A stretch of DNA of 64,000 nt. Origin: a virus (lineage: Duplodnaviria > Caudoviricetes). The position numbers were made by a program, and so were the translations under genes. The stretch is from IMG/VR virus record IMGVR_UViG_3300025084_000012, positions 15,125-79,124 of that record. One strand, written 5' to 3'. The notes under the pieces were generated by a model. It saw only the letters and a list, made by a program, of their open reading frames with translations, had not been told where the DNA came from and did no database searches. Below are positions 46,673 through 56,432 of this stretch, one piece after another; the stretch's first letter is position 1; each line of letters begins with the position of its first letter.

Positions 46673-47985
46673 CTTCCTGACCTCATTGTTGAACCACCGC
46701 TTGCACGAGAAATTTCTTGTTGAATAGTATTGCTTAACTGTCTTGCGAACTCACGCTTATTTGTTCTGTCTGTCATTCCTGAAGCATTGATGCTGATGTT
46801 GAAGGTGTTACCGCCACCGCCACCGCCACCGCCTGTCATTTCAACAGGAATAGAACGACCATTAGGTAAAGGCACTACAGCCTCAGTGCCGTGAAGAGTT
46901 ACAGGATAACCACTGGAAGGCCCGGATGCTATACCACCTTCAGCGAATCCAAGCATTCCTCCTACTGCATCAATTCCTCCTCCAATGAAATCTCCTATAG
47001 AATCTATAGCATCTAAAACTGGCTCAAGTAAATCAGCCACCCATTCAACAGCGGCTGAAAGTGCATCAAAAACAGGAGATATGACATTTTCCCAAGCCCA
47101 AGAAATACCATCGGAAATAGCATCCCAAGCCATTTTAAGAGGTGTGAGAATGACATTCATAACCGACGACCATGCACTAAAAAGTGGTTTTAGATAATTG
47201 TTGTAGGCTGAAACCATTGTAGACATTATCAAATCCCAATTATCTGCTAAGAAAGTAAAGGTATCGAAAAGTGGCTCAAAAATAGGCGTTAGGATAGGTG
47301 ACAGGATATTATCCCATACCCACGCCATACCATCTATGATAATACCGAATGTTGTTCCTATGAGTTCTAAAATAGGTAACGCTATTTTTTTGAACATTTT
47401 GAAAAGTGGCATAACTACTAAGTCCCACGCTGTTTTAAAGTAAATTGTCAACCCTTTCCACAGCGTCTTTATGAGAGCAATACCAGTCTGTATAGGATTA
47501 CCAACTGCATCCCAAAGAGGGACAATTAAATTATCCCACAACAACTTCATTCCAGTAGCAAAGTTATCCCAAAGCACACCTAAGACAGTCATACCAGCCT
47601 CCATAACTGGGCCGACACTGTTCCATAATGGTGTGATTACTTCATCCCATAATACTTGCATACCGAGTAAAAAGACATCCCATGCTACTTTCAAAGTTTC
47701 AAATGCAACTCCAAGAGTGTCTATAACAAAATCAGCAATTGCCTGTATGACTGGCCCTGCTACCTCCCACAGCATATCAAAAATTGGCATGATATTTTCA
47801 TCAAACCAGTCCTTTATCACCTGAAACTTTTCCTTAATAAACGCTATAGCAGCACCAAAAGCACCAGTAACTGCTGATATAGCAGTGCCGAAAATACCAG
47901 CAAGAGTACCAAAGATATTCGCAATCGCACCTGCTCCGCTTGACAACCCACTGAGAGCAACGGTTAAGCCAGCCAGTGCTACCAT
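46669..47985 (-). CDS. tail tape measure protein (short, 438 aa)
   Basis: Periodic Trp amphipathic helices (AWD, LWD, LWN, LWK) and C-terminal FAEGG...HGTEAVVPL; follows the chaperone pair. Confidence 0.85.
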   Translation of the reverse strand: MVALAGLTVALSGLSSGAGAIANIFGTLAGIFGTAISAVTGAFGAAIAFIKEKFQVIKDWFDENIMPIFDMLWEVAGPVIQAIADFVIDTLGVAFETLKVAWDVFLLGMQVLWDEVITPLWNSVGPVMEAGMTVLGVLWDNFATGMKLLWDNLIVPLWDAVGNPIQTGIALIKTLWKGLTIYFKTAWDLVVMPLFKMFKKIALPILELIGTTFGIIIDGMAWVWDNILSPILTPIFEPLFDTFTFLADNWDLIMSTMVSAYNNYLKPLFSAWSSVMNVILTPLKMAWDAISDGISWAWENVISPVFDALSAAVEWVADLLEPVLDAIDSIGDFIGGGIDAVGGMLGFAEGGIASGPSSGYPVTLHGTEAVVPLPNGRSIPVEMTGGGGGGGGNTFNISINASGMTDRTNKREFARQLSNTIQQEISRASGGSTMRSGR

Positions 47986-48263
47986 CAGAAGTCCTCCCTG
48001 TTGAGGAAGTCATAGTCAAGAGATACTGTTTCTCGACCACCACTCTTTGCAGATTGTTTGTCCCGCTTGTGGGCTTTTTCTTCTTGTCTACGACCAACCA
48101 TAGCCCATGTAAAAGACTGATAGAATTGTTGTGGACTCATTTCTTGTACCTCTTTAATCGAAACTGAATAATGTTTTGCTACAATATAGGCTTGCATTTC
48201 AAGTGAGAGTTCTAAATCGGCAGGGCTTTCTATTTTTTTGCGATGAAGAAAATCTTCAATCAC
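47985..48263 (-). CDS. tail assembly chaperone, gpT-like part
   Basis: Immediately before the TMP; in the -1 frame relative to the upstream ORF. Confidence 0.6.
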   Translation of the reverse strand: MIEDFLHRKKIESPADLELSLEMQAYIVAKHYSVSIKEVQEMSPQQFYQSFTWAMVGRRQEEKAHKRDKQSAKSGGRETVSLDYDFLNREDF

Positions 48264-48646
48264 TTGTTCCCGCCTTTGGTAAACCCCCCTGACATCATCT
48301 CTCCAAGTTCGTTAGGACTCGGCAATAATGCAGAGATTTGTTCACCAATGTGGCCTTTGAGTTTCATCAAGTCATCATTTGACATAACTGGATTAGTTCG
48401 CACGACCCAGTGTGAAAAAGCATATTTGTAATACCCCTCAAGGTTAAGAGACATTTGACCATTTTTGTCAATGTTAAACATTTCTTGTGCGGCTTTTTGA
48501 ATATCAAAGAAAGAAACATCACGCAACCAAACTTCCATGATGACATTAGGGTCATCAGGGTCTACGCTGATTTCGTGTTTTTGTTCGTCGTGCCTTCTCA
48601 TTAAAAAATTCTTATTCGCTACTATCGTTTTGGTCATTAGTCTCAC
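48260..48646 (-). CDS. tail assembly chaperone, gpG-like
   Basis: 128 aa between the tail tube region and the TMP. Confidence 0.6.
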   Translation of the reverse strand: MRLMTKTIVANKNFLMRRHDEQKHEISVDPDDPNVIMEVWLRDVSFFDIQKAAQEMFNIDKNGQMSLNLEGYYKYAFSHWVVRTNPVMSNDDLMKLKGHIGEQISALLPSPNELGEMMSGGFTKGGNK

Positions 48647-49133
48647 CTGTGGTCACAGCCGTCTCTTCAACGGGGGTGTCCGACTCTACTTCAGCAGCCG
48701 ATTCTTCGGGGGCTTCAGTCTCAGTCGTGGACTCGGATATACCCTCGTCATCACGTTTCAAGCGTAATGCGAGTTCTGCCTTTGTACCGTAGGCTGGTAG
48801 CCCACGCTCTTTACAAAGTGCCTTTAATTCTTTGACGGTCATAGCGTCATAGGTAAGTTCTGTTGGAAAATCTTCACTGTCACCAATATCTTCAGGAGTA
48901 GCCAAGTTTGATGTTGCTTCATATACTGTTTCTGTTACCTCATCAGCAACCTCTTCTTTGACCACTATAGGCAAAAGTGCAGTAACAGCCTCTTCAATGA
49001 GCCCCAGTGAGCGTTTTTTACCAGCGGCGATAATGTCACCTTCGGTTACACCAATTTGAGAAGCATACCAAAGAGCGTACTCTTCATGAGAAAGTTTAGC
49101 GTAGTTTTTTGCTCGTAGTGCTGGTGTTATCAT
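48612..49133 (-). CDS. acidic SAP-domain protein
   Basis: YDAMTVKELKALCKERGLPAYGTKAELALRL is a canonical SAP pattern. Confidence 0.8.
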   Translation of the reverse strand: MITPALRAKNYAKLSHEEYALWYASQIGVTEGDIIAAGKKRSLGLIEEAVTALLPIVVKEEVADEVTETVYEATSNLATPEDIGDSEDFPTELTYDAMTVKELKALCKERGLPAYGTKAELALRLKRDDEGISESTTETEAPEESAAEVESDTPVEETAVTTGETNDQNDSSE

Positions 49134-49144
49134 GTTAGGTCACC

Positions 49145-51163
49145 TCAAGAGTGTAGTATGCTGTCTCGTGAAACGACACGCAAAGCCTTTGGTAGAATCT
49201 TCAGGGCTGATTTAATAACACCCTTATCTTCAGGAATTGGAAGTGGTGCTTCTACGATGTAGAAGTCATCCAGTATGATGTCAATTTGCTCACGAGTCGA
49301 GGCTGAACCGGGCTTTGTGAAAGACAAACGAATGAGGTTTCCATCTTGTGATGGGTGGTCTATAGCACGTCGGACTTTGTGATACATCACAGGGTCTTCA
49401 ACTATAATCTCACAGTCCATGCTATATTCAGTCTTACCTTCTACAGCGAGAGAAGCGTTACGAGAGCCACCGAATGGGATTTGGTCAGTAACACTGTCGC
49501 TTGTAGCAGCGCCATTGATGGTGTAGAATTGTTGCACACCAGTGTTACCAGTGATGGTAAACGAAACAACTTGAGCGACGTTTACTCCAGCGATAACGAC
49601 TGTTCCGTTGTAAAACATGAAAGGCTTCTGTGTGCCTTTTTCAATACCAGCCTCTTTTCGCTTAGCAAGTGTGCTCGCTGTTTCTTCAAACATGCGATGT
49701 GTCTTGTATCGGTCACCCTTTGTTCCACTTGAAAAATCAGTGGCTGAACCGCTGGTTTCAAGACGACCAGTATCGGTGTAGCAAAGAGAAGAGTCAAAGT
49801 TCACGCTCAATCGTAGAGCAGCGTCAGTATCAGCAGTCATAGAGAAGTCCTTGACCTTGCATCCCTTGAACACACGAGTGAGTTGCTTAGGGTCTGTTGC
49901 TCCACCGTCTGTAACATCAGCATCAGCGCCTTCAACGTCGCTACGACGAATACTAACTTCCATAGCAAACGATGGCACAGAGTCACGGGAGTAAAGCAAA
50001 CGACTGATTGGGAATGTAATAGCCCCTGTTGATTCACGATGAGGACTACCTGTGTTGGTTGCTCCTCCGCCGTCTCCTTGAAAGCGAATGATACGCACTT
50101 GACAACTATCAGCGTGGCTGTAACAAAGACCATCATCAAGGAAGATAGTGTTACCATCAATAGCAGCGATTCTACGAATCTCATTCTTTTGAGTTGTATC
50201 AAAGAAGTCATCGCCTTCAATGTTCACTGCTCCAAACGCAGCACCAGTTGCTGTTGTACCTTCACGGTGCGTTATGATGTCCTCTACTGTTGTGTCTCTA
50301 ATGAGAATGTAATCACCAGCGGCAGCACTATCAGCAGCACCAAGAGGATTTGCCGCATCGGTAAACTCAAGTGCTCCGTCTACTGTAATGAGAGACTGTC
50401 CTTTTTCGACAGCACCGTTTAGAGTGCGAGTAGCACTCATAAGTGAGTCATACAGATTTGCAGCAGCGCCGTTTGCCATGTAAGATATAGACTCCATGCC
50501 CAAGCAGTAATACAACCATCGTGGATTGTGTAGATTGACTTCAAATGACCCACCTTCGTTCAAGAAACGACCCGGCACTTGTATAGCCGTGTCACGACCA
50601 AGACCAACAATGTGGTATCGCTTGAGGTCTACCTTAGTTTCAGGTAGGGTTACAGCAGCGGCAAGACCGAGGAATTGGTCAGTAAGCACACGCTCGCTGC
50701 TGGAGGCTGCCGTGATGTTCCACCCAGCCATGTTTGCATCAAAAGTTGGTGTACCAAAAGAATTGATGATAAGCACATCATTTGTGCCTGAATCAACACT
50801 CGTGCCTGTTTTCAAAGCAGGGGTAACAGTCAGTTGAGTTTTATTGGTGTTGTGATTCTTGTGTTCTAAGACAGTATAAGTGCGCCCAGTATTGTGAGAA
50901 TCATCGAGTGTAAAGTTTGTAATACCGACAATTGAAATCTTGCACCCAACGAGCATACCGACTGGGTATTTCAAAAGCCCCCCAGTACAAGGTAAAGAAG
51001 CGCCACCGCCCTCAAAACCAATGACGCTGGTGTTTGAGTTGCTGTCCGTAGATACATGCTTGAACAAAAACGATGAGCCAAAGCCACCATGTTTCAATTC
51101 TAACGCTGTCTCATGACCGAATGAAATTTCGGTTAAATCTCCTTTGTATACTGTAGATGGCAT
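49145..51163 (-). CDS. major tail tube protein with large insertion
   Basis: Tube-like termini (PFMFYNGTV...SFTITGNTG...EYSMDCEI); position after the terminator gene. Confidence 0.7.
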   Translation of the reverse strand: MPSTVYKGDLTEISFGHETALELKHGGFGSSFLFKHVSTDSNSNTSVIGFEGGGASLPCTGGLLKYPVGMLVGCKISIVGITNFTLDDSHNTGRTYTVLEHKNHNTNKTQLTVTPALKTGTSVDSGTNDVLIINSFGTPTFDANMAGWNITAASSSERVLTDQFLGLAAAVTLPETKVDLKRYHIVGLGRDTAIQVPGRFLNEGGSFEVNLHNPRWLYYCLGMESISYMANGAAANLYDSLMSATRTLNGAVEKGQSLITVDGALEFTDAANPLGAADSAAAGDYILIRDTTVEDIITHREGTTATGAAFGAVNIEGDDFFDTTQKNEIRRIAAIDGNTIFLDDGLCYSHADSCQVRIIRFQGDGGGATNTGSPHRESTGAITFPISRLLYSRDSVPSFAMEVSIRRSDVEGADADVTDGGATDPKQLTRVFKGCKVKDFSMTADTDAALRLSVNFDSSLCYTDTGRLETSGSATDFSSGTKGDRYKTHRMFEETASTLAKRKEAGIEKGTQKPFMFYNGTVVIAGVNVAQVVSFTITGNTGVQQFYTINGAATSDSVTDQIPFGGSRNASLAVEGKTEYSMDCEIIVEDPVMYHKVRRAIDHPSQDGNLIRLSFTKPGSASTREQIDIILDDFYIVEAPLPIPEDKGVIKSALKILPKALRVVSRDSILHS

Positions 51164-51174
51164 GTCGGCTCAAC

Positions 51175-51621
51175 TCAAGGCACTAACTCCGCAAAGATAA
51201 CTACTTCTATCTGAAAGGTCATCCGAAATAAAACCTTTGACCTATCAGACAAGTCGGTTCGGGTCTTGTAAACCATGCGGTCAAAGTTTACACCGTCTCC
51301 TTTTCTTACTGCGTGAATCAATCTTCGTACTTCGTTCTCCATCAATTGTAGATGCTTACGCCCTCTTGCTGTACGAGCATCTACCGTGATGTTTAGACGA
51401 GTTGTGACAAAATCATAGAGTAATTCGGGGGCTTCTTCATTGTGAGCCGTCTCATAACATAAGATGTAATCGTGGCGGGATAAATCAATTCTTTTACCTC
51501 TTTCAGCACCGACTGTCGCTATGTCAGCGATGACTGGTTTGATGTTACCAGTGTTCGCACGATTCCAGTCTTCTAATGTAGAGATAACCATATCAAGAGA
51601 TTCAGTAAATGTAGCAACCAT
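51175..51621 (-). CDS. tail terminator/completion protein
   Basis: 148 aa before the tube gene, with beta-alpha-beta pattern (RLNITVDAR...FRMTFQIEV). Confidence 0.6.
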   Translation of the reverse strand: MVATFTESLDMVISTLEDWNRANTGNIKPVIADIATVGAERGKRIDLSRHDYILCYETAHNEEAPELLYDFVTTRLNITVDARTARGRKHLQLMENEVRRLIHAVRKGDGVNFDRMVYKTRTDLSDRSKVLFRMTFQIEVVIFAELVP

Positions 51622-51625
51622 GTTA

Positions 51626-51967
51626 TCACTTCTCCTTCTTGTATGCTATTTCGTCAGGTAGTAACAGACCACCTTTGAACACTAACTTTTGCTCAATCAA
51701 CATTGGTGACTCACGAAGCATACGCTTGTCAGCCCTTTCTAAAGCAGCATCGACTTCATTTTGAGGGGCTGGTTGGCTACCTTTCTTGTAACCATCATCA
51801 GTTTTTCTAATACTACTCATACCTAATTCCTGAGCCTCAACTTTTTCTCTGTATACTTGAGGTCGTTGAGTAATGAGAGCACGCAACTCTTTCTGATACT
51901 TTGCATCGGACATCTCTTCCGTTAGCGTAGCCAAAAATTCCTTTTGCTCTCTTGACATGTTTATCAC
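51626..51967 (-). CDS. hypothetical neck-region protein
   Basis: 113-aa ORF in the operon. Confidence 0.55.
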   Translation of the reverse strand: MINMSREQKEFLATLTEEMSDAKYQKELRALITQRPQVYREKVEAQELGMSSIRKTDDGYKKGSQPAPQNEVDAALERADKRMLRESPMLIEQKLVFKGGLLLPDEIAYKKEK

Positions 51968-53526
51968 TCAAATACGGTAATCTCAACGTAGCGTGCCAAA
52001 ATAGCATCGACTTCAGCCTTTAGTAACTGAATCTTAGAAGTTAAATCAACATTCTGTGTCCCTTCAGGAATCAAAACGCTTCGGTCATCTGACATCAAAA
52101 CATCACAAGCCACCATCTTTGTAGCAGCCTCTTCTATAGCCTTCTCAAGATAACGCTCACCGTAGATGTAAGAGCACTTAATCGCATTCCATTCAAAGAA
52201 AGGATAGGAGTTGTTAAAGTAAATAATACCCATTTCGTAATCAGCCCACCAGTCTCGTAGTCGCCCTACGTCACCACTACTCGAACCACCTTGTAGGTCG
52301 ATGTTGAAGGTATCTTGGCTAATCTCACCGCTAATATCTCCTAATGCTGAACCAGTGACACGGACACATCCTGTAAAGGATGTTGCTGTTTTACCAGTAT
52401 AACGGAACACTGTATCACCCTTAACGCAAACACCAGCGTGAACAAAAGAACTTGTGTCGTCTACATTGACTGTAGTACCAACAACATCAACGATGGTTGC
52501 TTTGTGATTAGTGGTTTGCTTAATTGAAAGGTTACTGTCGGTGGTAACAATAGAACACGTCTCACCCCCCTTACCAGCACGCATACTGGTAAGTTTGATA
52601 ATACCAGTCCCATAATCAGCGTTTGCTGTAGCGAGAAACTCGTTATCGACATTGATGTCGCTTGAAGAACCTTCCAGTTTGTACGATGGTACGAATGGTA
52701 CTGCCGCTTTACTTACTCTGTCTTCTTTATTGATAAGGTCAGCAAGATTCTGTGCTGTTGTAGCGGGGTCAAAATCGGCACGCCATTGAGTGTTACCTGT
52801 TCCTATCTCTAATTCAGCAGCAGAGCCATTACCTGTTGATACTACGATTGCTCCTGTGAGCGCTCTCACGTCATCAGGAATATGAATACGAGCCTCAGCG
52901 CTGCATATCTCTCGATAGTCGTCACCTTGCCATAGTTCAAGACGAAGAATCTGTTGTACATTTCTAAACAAAAGTGGAGCAGTACCAACATAATCTGTGT
53001 AATATCGTCGTCGGTATGGTTTGTATGTGTCGAAGTTAATGTATTCAGCACTCACGAGATAAGGTCGCCAAGCGTTGTGTGTAATGTTGTCAATCTTGTC
53101 TTGGGCTTCTTTGATACGAGCCTCTACAATTGAGCGTTTCATACCACGAGTTTTACCGTTGGTAAACGATGCTGTGTTTTGAACGTAGGTGTTATCAGCA
53201 GCCTGATAATCAGCAGAAGTGATAACATCGCTGAAATTGAGTTGAACACCATTAGCACTACTACTAATTGTTGTGATAACTCGCTCTGTTCCTAATGGGT
53301 CAGCATCAGAGTAAATGAGAATGGTGTCATCTTTTGAAAAACCCACAGTTCTGTAATCAGCACCTGTAACGAAAACGGCAGTAGTAGTGCTGTCAGCACT
53401 GACTAAAACGGCTTCCTGTGGGCCTATTGAAAGGAAATCTGCAACTTTCTGTGCAGTAGTGTAGACAATAGCCGAAGGGTCAAGTGGTCGTGTTTCAGCC
53501 TCACCGGGATTAAACACTATTGGCAT
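51964..53526 (-). CDS. head-tail adaptor with inserted domains
   Basis: YTTAQKVADFL...RIKEAQDKIDNIT...IEEAATKMVA pattern of gp15/gp6-type connectors; unusually long (520 aa). Confidence 0.65.
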   Translation of the reverse strand: MPIVFNPGEAETRPLDPSAIVYTTAQKVADFLSIGPQEAVLVSADSTTTAVFVTGADYRTVGFSKDDTILIYSDADPLGTERVITTISSSANGVQLNFSDVITSADYQAADNTYVQNTASFTNGKTRGMKRSIVEARIKEAQDKIDNITHNAWRPYLVSAEYINFDTYKPYRRRYYTDYVGTAPLLFRNVQQILRLELWQGDDYREICSAEARIHIPDDVRALTGAIVVSTGNGSAAELEIGTGNTQWRADFDPATTAQNLADLINKEDRVSKAAVPFVPSYKLEGSSSDINVDNEFLATANADYGTGIIKLTSMRAGKGGETCSIVTTDSNLSIKQTTNHKATIVDVVGTTVNVDDTSSFVHAGVCVKGDTVFRYTGKTATSFTGCVRVTGSALGDISGEISQDTFNIDLQGGSSSGDVGRLRDWWADYEMGIIYFNNSYPFFEWNAIKCSYIYGERYLEKAIEEAATKMVACDVLMSDDRSVLIPEGTQNVDLTSKIQLLKAEVDAILARYVEITVFE

Positions 53527-53630
53527 TTCTTATCCCCCGTTACAAAACACTTTTTGGTTTTATCTTCAGCCTCATCGACTTCTTTCGACTTAGCATCAAA
53601 CCAAGCATCAAGAAGAGTGCAACGGGTCAT
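53517..53630 (-). CDS. possible 37-aa protein (not in ORF track)
   Basis: MTRCTLLDAWFDAKSKE...; GAGGAG RBS; ATGA-coupled. Confidence 0.35.
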   Translation of the reverse strand: MTRCTLLDAWFDAKSKEVDEAEDKTKKCFVTGDKKCQ

Positions 53631-53926
53631 GCTCTTGCCTCCTCGTCTATAGAAGCAAGGTTGTATTCCATTGGTTTCTCGCAACTACCGCATGTTTCTC
53701 GCCACATAAAGTGAAGCATACCACAGTGTTGGCATCGAGTACCTGAGCCAATGTTCAAAACATCACTGGCCTCAAGATTACGCTTACGCTGTTGTGAAGT
53801 AATACCCTTGAGTGGGTTTTCTTCGTCAATGACTTTACCAAGAAGGGTTTGTGCGTCAGAACGAATACCCTGCTTTTGAAATCTTTCAATATCACTCAGG
53901 TCAATTGTTTGCTCGGCTAACGACAT
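53627..53926 (-). CDS. Zn-ribbon protein
   Basis: CQHC...CGSC near the C-terminus. Confidence 0.7.
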   Translation of the reverse strand: MSLAEQTIDLSDIERFQKQGIRSDAQTLLGKVIDEENPLKGITSQQRKRNLEASDVLNIGSGTRCQHCGMLHFMWRETCGSCEKPMEYNLASIDEEARA

Positions 53927-53941
53927 ACATACTCCTCACAC

Positions 53942-54115
53942 TCAACTGGTAGTGACAAATATGTAAATGTTACCAAGAACATGATGCGGGTCGCATGATA
54001 CACAAGTATTGCTACTAATAGCGGTGCTAATCTCTGCTGCTATAGCAGTTCTCGCTGTGTCGTCGTTAAAATCCTTCGGCGGAAAAGGCCCAAGAATTGT
54101 TACTGTTTTTGCCAT
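53942..54115 (-). CDS. small hypothetical protein (57 aa, not in ORF track)
   Basis: MAKTVTILGPFPPKDF...; GAGGTGA RBS. Confidence 0.6.
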   Translation of the reverse strand: MAKTVTILGPFPPKDFNDDTARTAIAAEISTAISSNTCVSCDPHHVLGNIYIFVTTS

Positions 54116-54126
54116 GTGTCGTCACC

Positions 54127-54441
54127 TCAAGAGCGACGACCAATTGCGAAGAAAGTTCCACCAATAGTGGCCTGTGCCGCTGCTGGTGTGTGAACAGTGA
54201 TTGTAGTCCCATCTACTGTAGCAAACTCACTAAAGGTGTGAGGCGCTGCGTCAGAAGCATCAGCGTTACCGCCTGTTTCAAGTGTTGCTGGAGCAAGAGG
54301 CCCTGTAGGGGTAACTGTAGCCATGTCAATACTTGCGAGCAAACCACTCAAATCAATGCTTGTGTCAGTTGCTGCGTATGTTCCTGTGACAACCATTCGG
54401 TCACCAAAGTAAGTTGGTCGGGGGTCTATTGATACTGTCAT
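54127..54441 (-). CDS. small beta-rich virion (decoration-like) protein
   Basis: Ala/Thr-rich 104 aa downstream of the MCP; GGAGATGA RBS. Confidence 0.5.
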   Translation of the reverse strand: MTVSIDPRPTYFGDRMVVTGTYAATDTSIDLSGLLASIDMATVTPTGPLAPATLETGGNADASDAAPHTFSEFATVDGTTITVHTPAAAQATIGGTFFAIGRRS

Positions 54442-54443
54442 AT

Positions 54444-54821
54444 TTATTCATCTCCTGTTGTTTCTGTTTCTTCTGCACTTTCTTCAATTAGTGCCTCTGT
54501 TTCTTGAACACCGTCAGGACTCATAACAGTCTCAACAAGTTCAAGTAGAGTAGTTTTTGTTGCATAGCCTTTTGGCTTGATGTCATACTTAGCGAGCCAT
54601 TTTACAATGTCGCCACGCTTCCAACCAGCGTCAGGGATGTCGTCATTTCCTTCATCAACAGAATCGTAGCCTTTGATAATAAAGTCATCACTAAGACGAT
54701 GACCCCATTTGTCAAGCCACGCTGTTGTGACTTCTAAGGGAACACCCTTTTTGAAATCAGGATAGTTGCCGTCAATGTTCCTTGTAGACCAAGAACGACC
54801 CATGTAGGTTACTGTAGGCAA
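54444..54821 (-). CDS. HeH/LEM-like domain protein
   Basis: PDAGWKRGDIVKWLAKYDI......TKTTLLELV. Confidence 0.55.
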   Translation of the reverse strand: MPTVTYMGRSWSTRNIDGNYPDFKKGVPLEVTTAWLDKWGHRLSDDFIIKGYDSVDEGNDDIPDAGWKRGDIVKWLAKYDIKPKGYATKTTLLELVETVMSPDGVQETEALIEESAEETETTGDE

Positions 54822-54832
54822 GTTACCTCACC

Positions 54833-55219
54833 TCAGTTGTAGAGTATCATTACTGTTGTAACGTTCGCTGAACCGCTTGCGTATTGTAGTGTTGCAGTTA
54901 GACCGGAGAAGATACATCCTGTAAGAACAGGTGTTGCCTCTGCTGGTGTTGCTGTAACGCTTAGAATTGCTGTTGCTCCGCCGCCGAGAATAATTGTCTC
55001 TCCGTCTGCTCCACCTGTCACGTTGATTAGTGCCAACTTTGGTGCTGGTGCATATCCGTTTGCTGCGTCTGTTTGTAGTGCGTTGAATGAATCAATGCTT
55101 CCGGGATAAGTTCCACCACGAGCCAAGTATTCTGTGGTGTCGTGTGACCCTGCTCGTAGTTCCCAAGCACCCACAAGGGTTGCTGTTGCTGTTCCGCTTA
55201 ATGTTAATTCTGCTGCCAT
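54833..55219 (-). CDS. capsid decoration-like protein
   Basis: Ala/Thr/Gly-rich 128 aa directly after the MCP with a strong RBS. Confidence 0.5.
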   Translation of the reverse strand: MAAELTLSGTATATLVGAWELRAGSHDTTEYLARGGTYPGSIDSFNALQTDAANGYAPAPKLALINVTGGADGETIILGGGATAILSVTATPAEATPVLTGCIFSGLTATLQYASGSANVTTVMILYN

Positions 55220-55256
55220 ATTTAATCATCTCCATGTTTTTTTGTTTTTTGTGTCC

Positions 55257-56432
55257 TCACTTCAAGTCACGAATGCTTGCTTGTGCTCCAAAGAAAGTTG
55301 TCCATACTTCACCCATTGTTCGGTAAAGTCCCTCTTGACCGAGGCGGTTGATTGCGAATGGGTCACCAGTTTCGATACCTGACTCAAAGTATTGAGTAGG
55401 AATCGCTGTACTGAAGTACATGTAGTCAGTGTCCAAAAGATACATACGGCTTATTCCGTCTGTCTTCACAACATCCTTAGAAGGAATGATTGGAACACCG
55501 TTGTAGGTTGCGACAATGAAACCTGCTTCGATACCCGGAACACCCTTTACACCGTTGTAGGTAGGGGTGACACGCTTCTCTTCCATGAAACGCTGTTGCG
55601 CTTGGAGGAGTTGTTGTAGACGCATCAAAGTGTCATATCCAGTTAGGATGACCTTCGGGTTACCTCCACGTTCCCAAACTTGTTGGAATGTGGTGTCGAG
55701 GTGGTCGAGTGATAGAACACGCTTGTTTGATGCTTGAGTGTCAGCAGCGCAGTTTACTTCAGCGCTTGACCAAGTGTTTGTTCTTCGGTCAATGCTGTAG
55801 ATGTCGAGGTCACCGTCATCAGCGTGGTTGTTGCCGGATGTGGTCTTCAAAGTTGTTGCTGAACCTGAACCATCAGCGGCTTCAGCAGCAGTGATACGGT
55901 CAAGAGATTCAAAGTTGTTACCTGCTACTGTGGAAGAGTCAGTCAAGAGCATCTTGTTTACCATTTCAGCGTGGTGCTTACCCATTTCTTCTTTGAGAAC
56001 TGAGCGCATGTCACCCATACCGTCGTCCTTGTCAGCAAGGAAAACAGCGACTTCGCTTACATCGAATGAGTGAGCGATGGTCTTTGGCTTTGCGGCAACG
56101 TGTTGGAAGACTGGCTTAACAGTCTCAGGTAGTGTACCGTTCTCAGCAATACCACCGTGAACTGTGCCTGAGTTTGGTTTGTCAGTAATGACTCTCCATC
56201 CACTGCGTTCCCACGGCTTCTTTGGCATAATTGAAAATGCGTTAAATTCTTGGTTGAGTTGCGACCAAACCTTGCGACCATAGATTGCTTGGTATGTTCC
56301 AGCGGTGGTACTTAGCATTGGTGCGTCGGCTTTGAGAAGTTCGCTACCAGTGTATGTGTAACCCATTGAGTTACCTGCTCCGTAGTAGTATCTTTCCATA
56401 TCTGTTACTGTTCTTACATAATTTCGTGCCAT
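55257..56432 (-). CDS. major capsid protein (HK97 fold)
   Basis: 391 aa after the protease; IAENGTLPE, YNGVPIIPS and RMYLLDTDY match HK97-type MCP patterns. Confidence 0.88.
   Translation of the reverse strand: MARNYVRTVTDMERYYYGAGNSMGYTYTGSELLKADAPMLSTTAGTYQAIYGRKVWSQLNQEFNAFSIMPKKPWERSGWRVITDKPNSGTVHGGIAENGTLPETVKPVFQHVAAKPKTIAHSFDVSEVAVFLADKDDGMGDMRSVLKEEMGKHHAEMVNKMLLTDSSTVAGNNFESLDRITAAEAADGSGSATTLKTTSGNNHADDGDLDIYSIDRRTNTWSSAEVNCAADTQASNKRVLSLDHLDTTFQQVWERGGNPKVILTGYDTLMRLQQLLQAQQRFMEEKRVTPTYNGVKGVPGIEAGFIVATYNGVPIIPSKDVVKTDGISRMYLLDTDYMYFSTAIPTQYFESGIETGDPFAINRLGQEGLYRTMGEVWTTFFGAQASIRDLK

Noticed and set aside
48280-48286. Canonical slippery heptamer GGGTTTA
   Set aside because: It is phased GGG TTT A in the upstream ORF rather than G GGT TTA, so it does not fit tandem -1 slippage.
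49145-51163. Contractile tail sheath
   Set aside because: The termini look like a tube protein, and I saw no separate tube gene or baseplate wedge genes.
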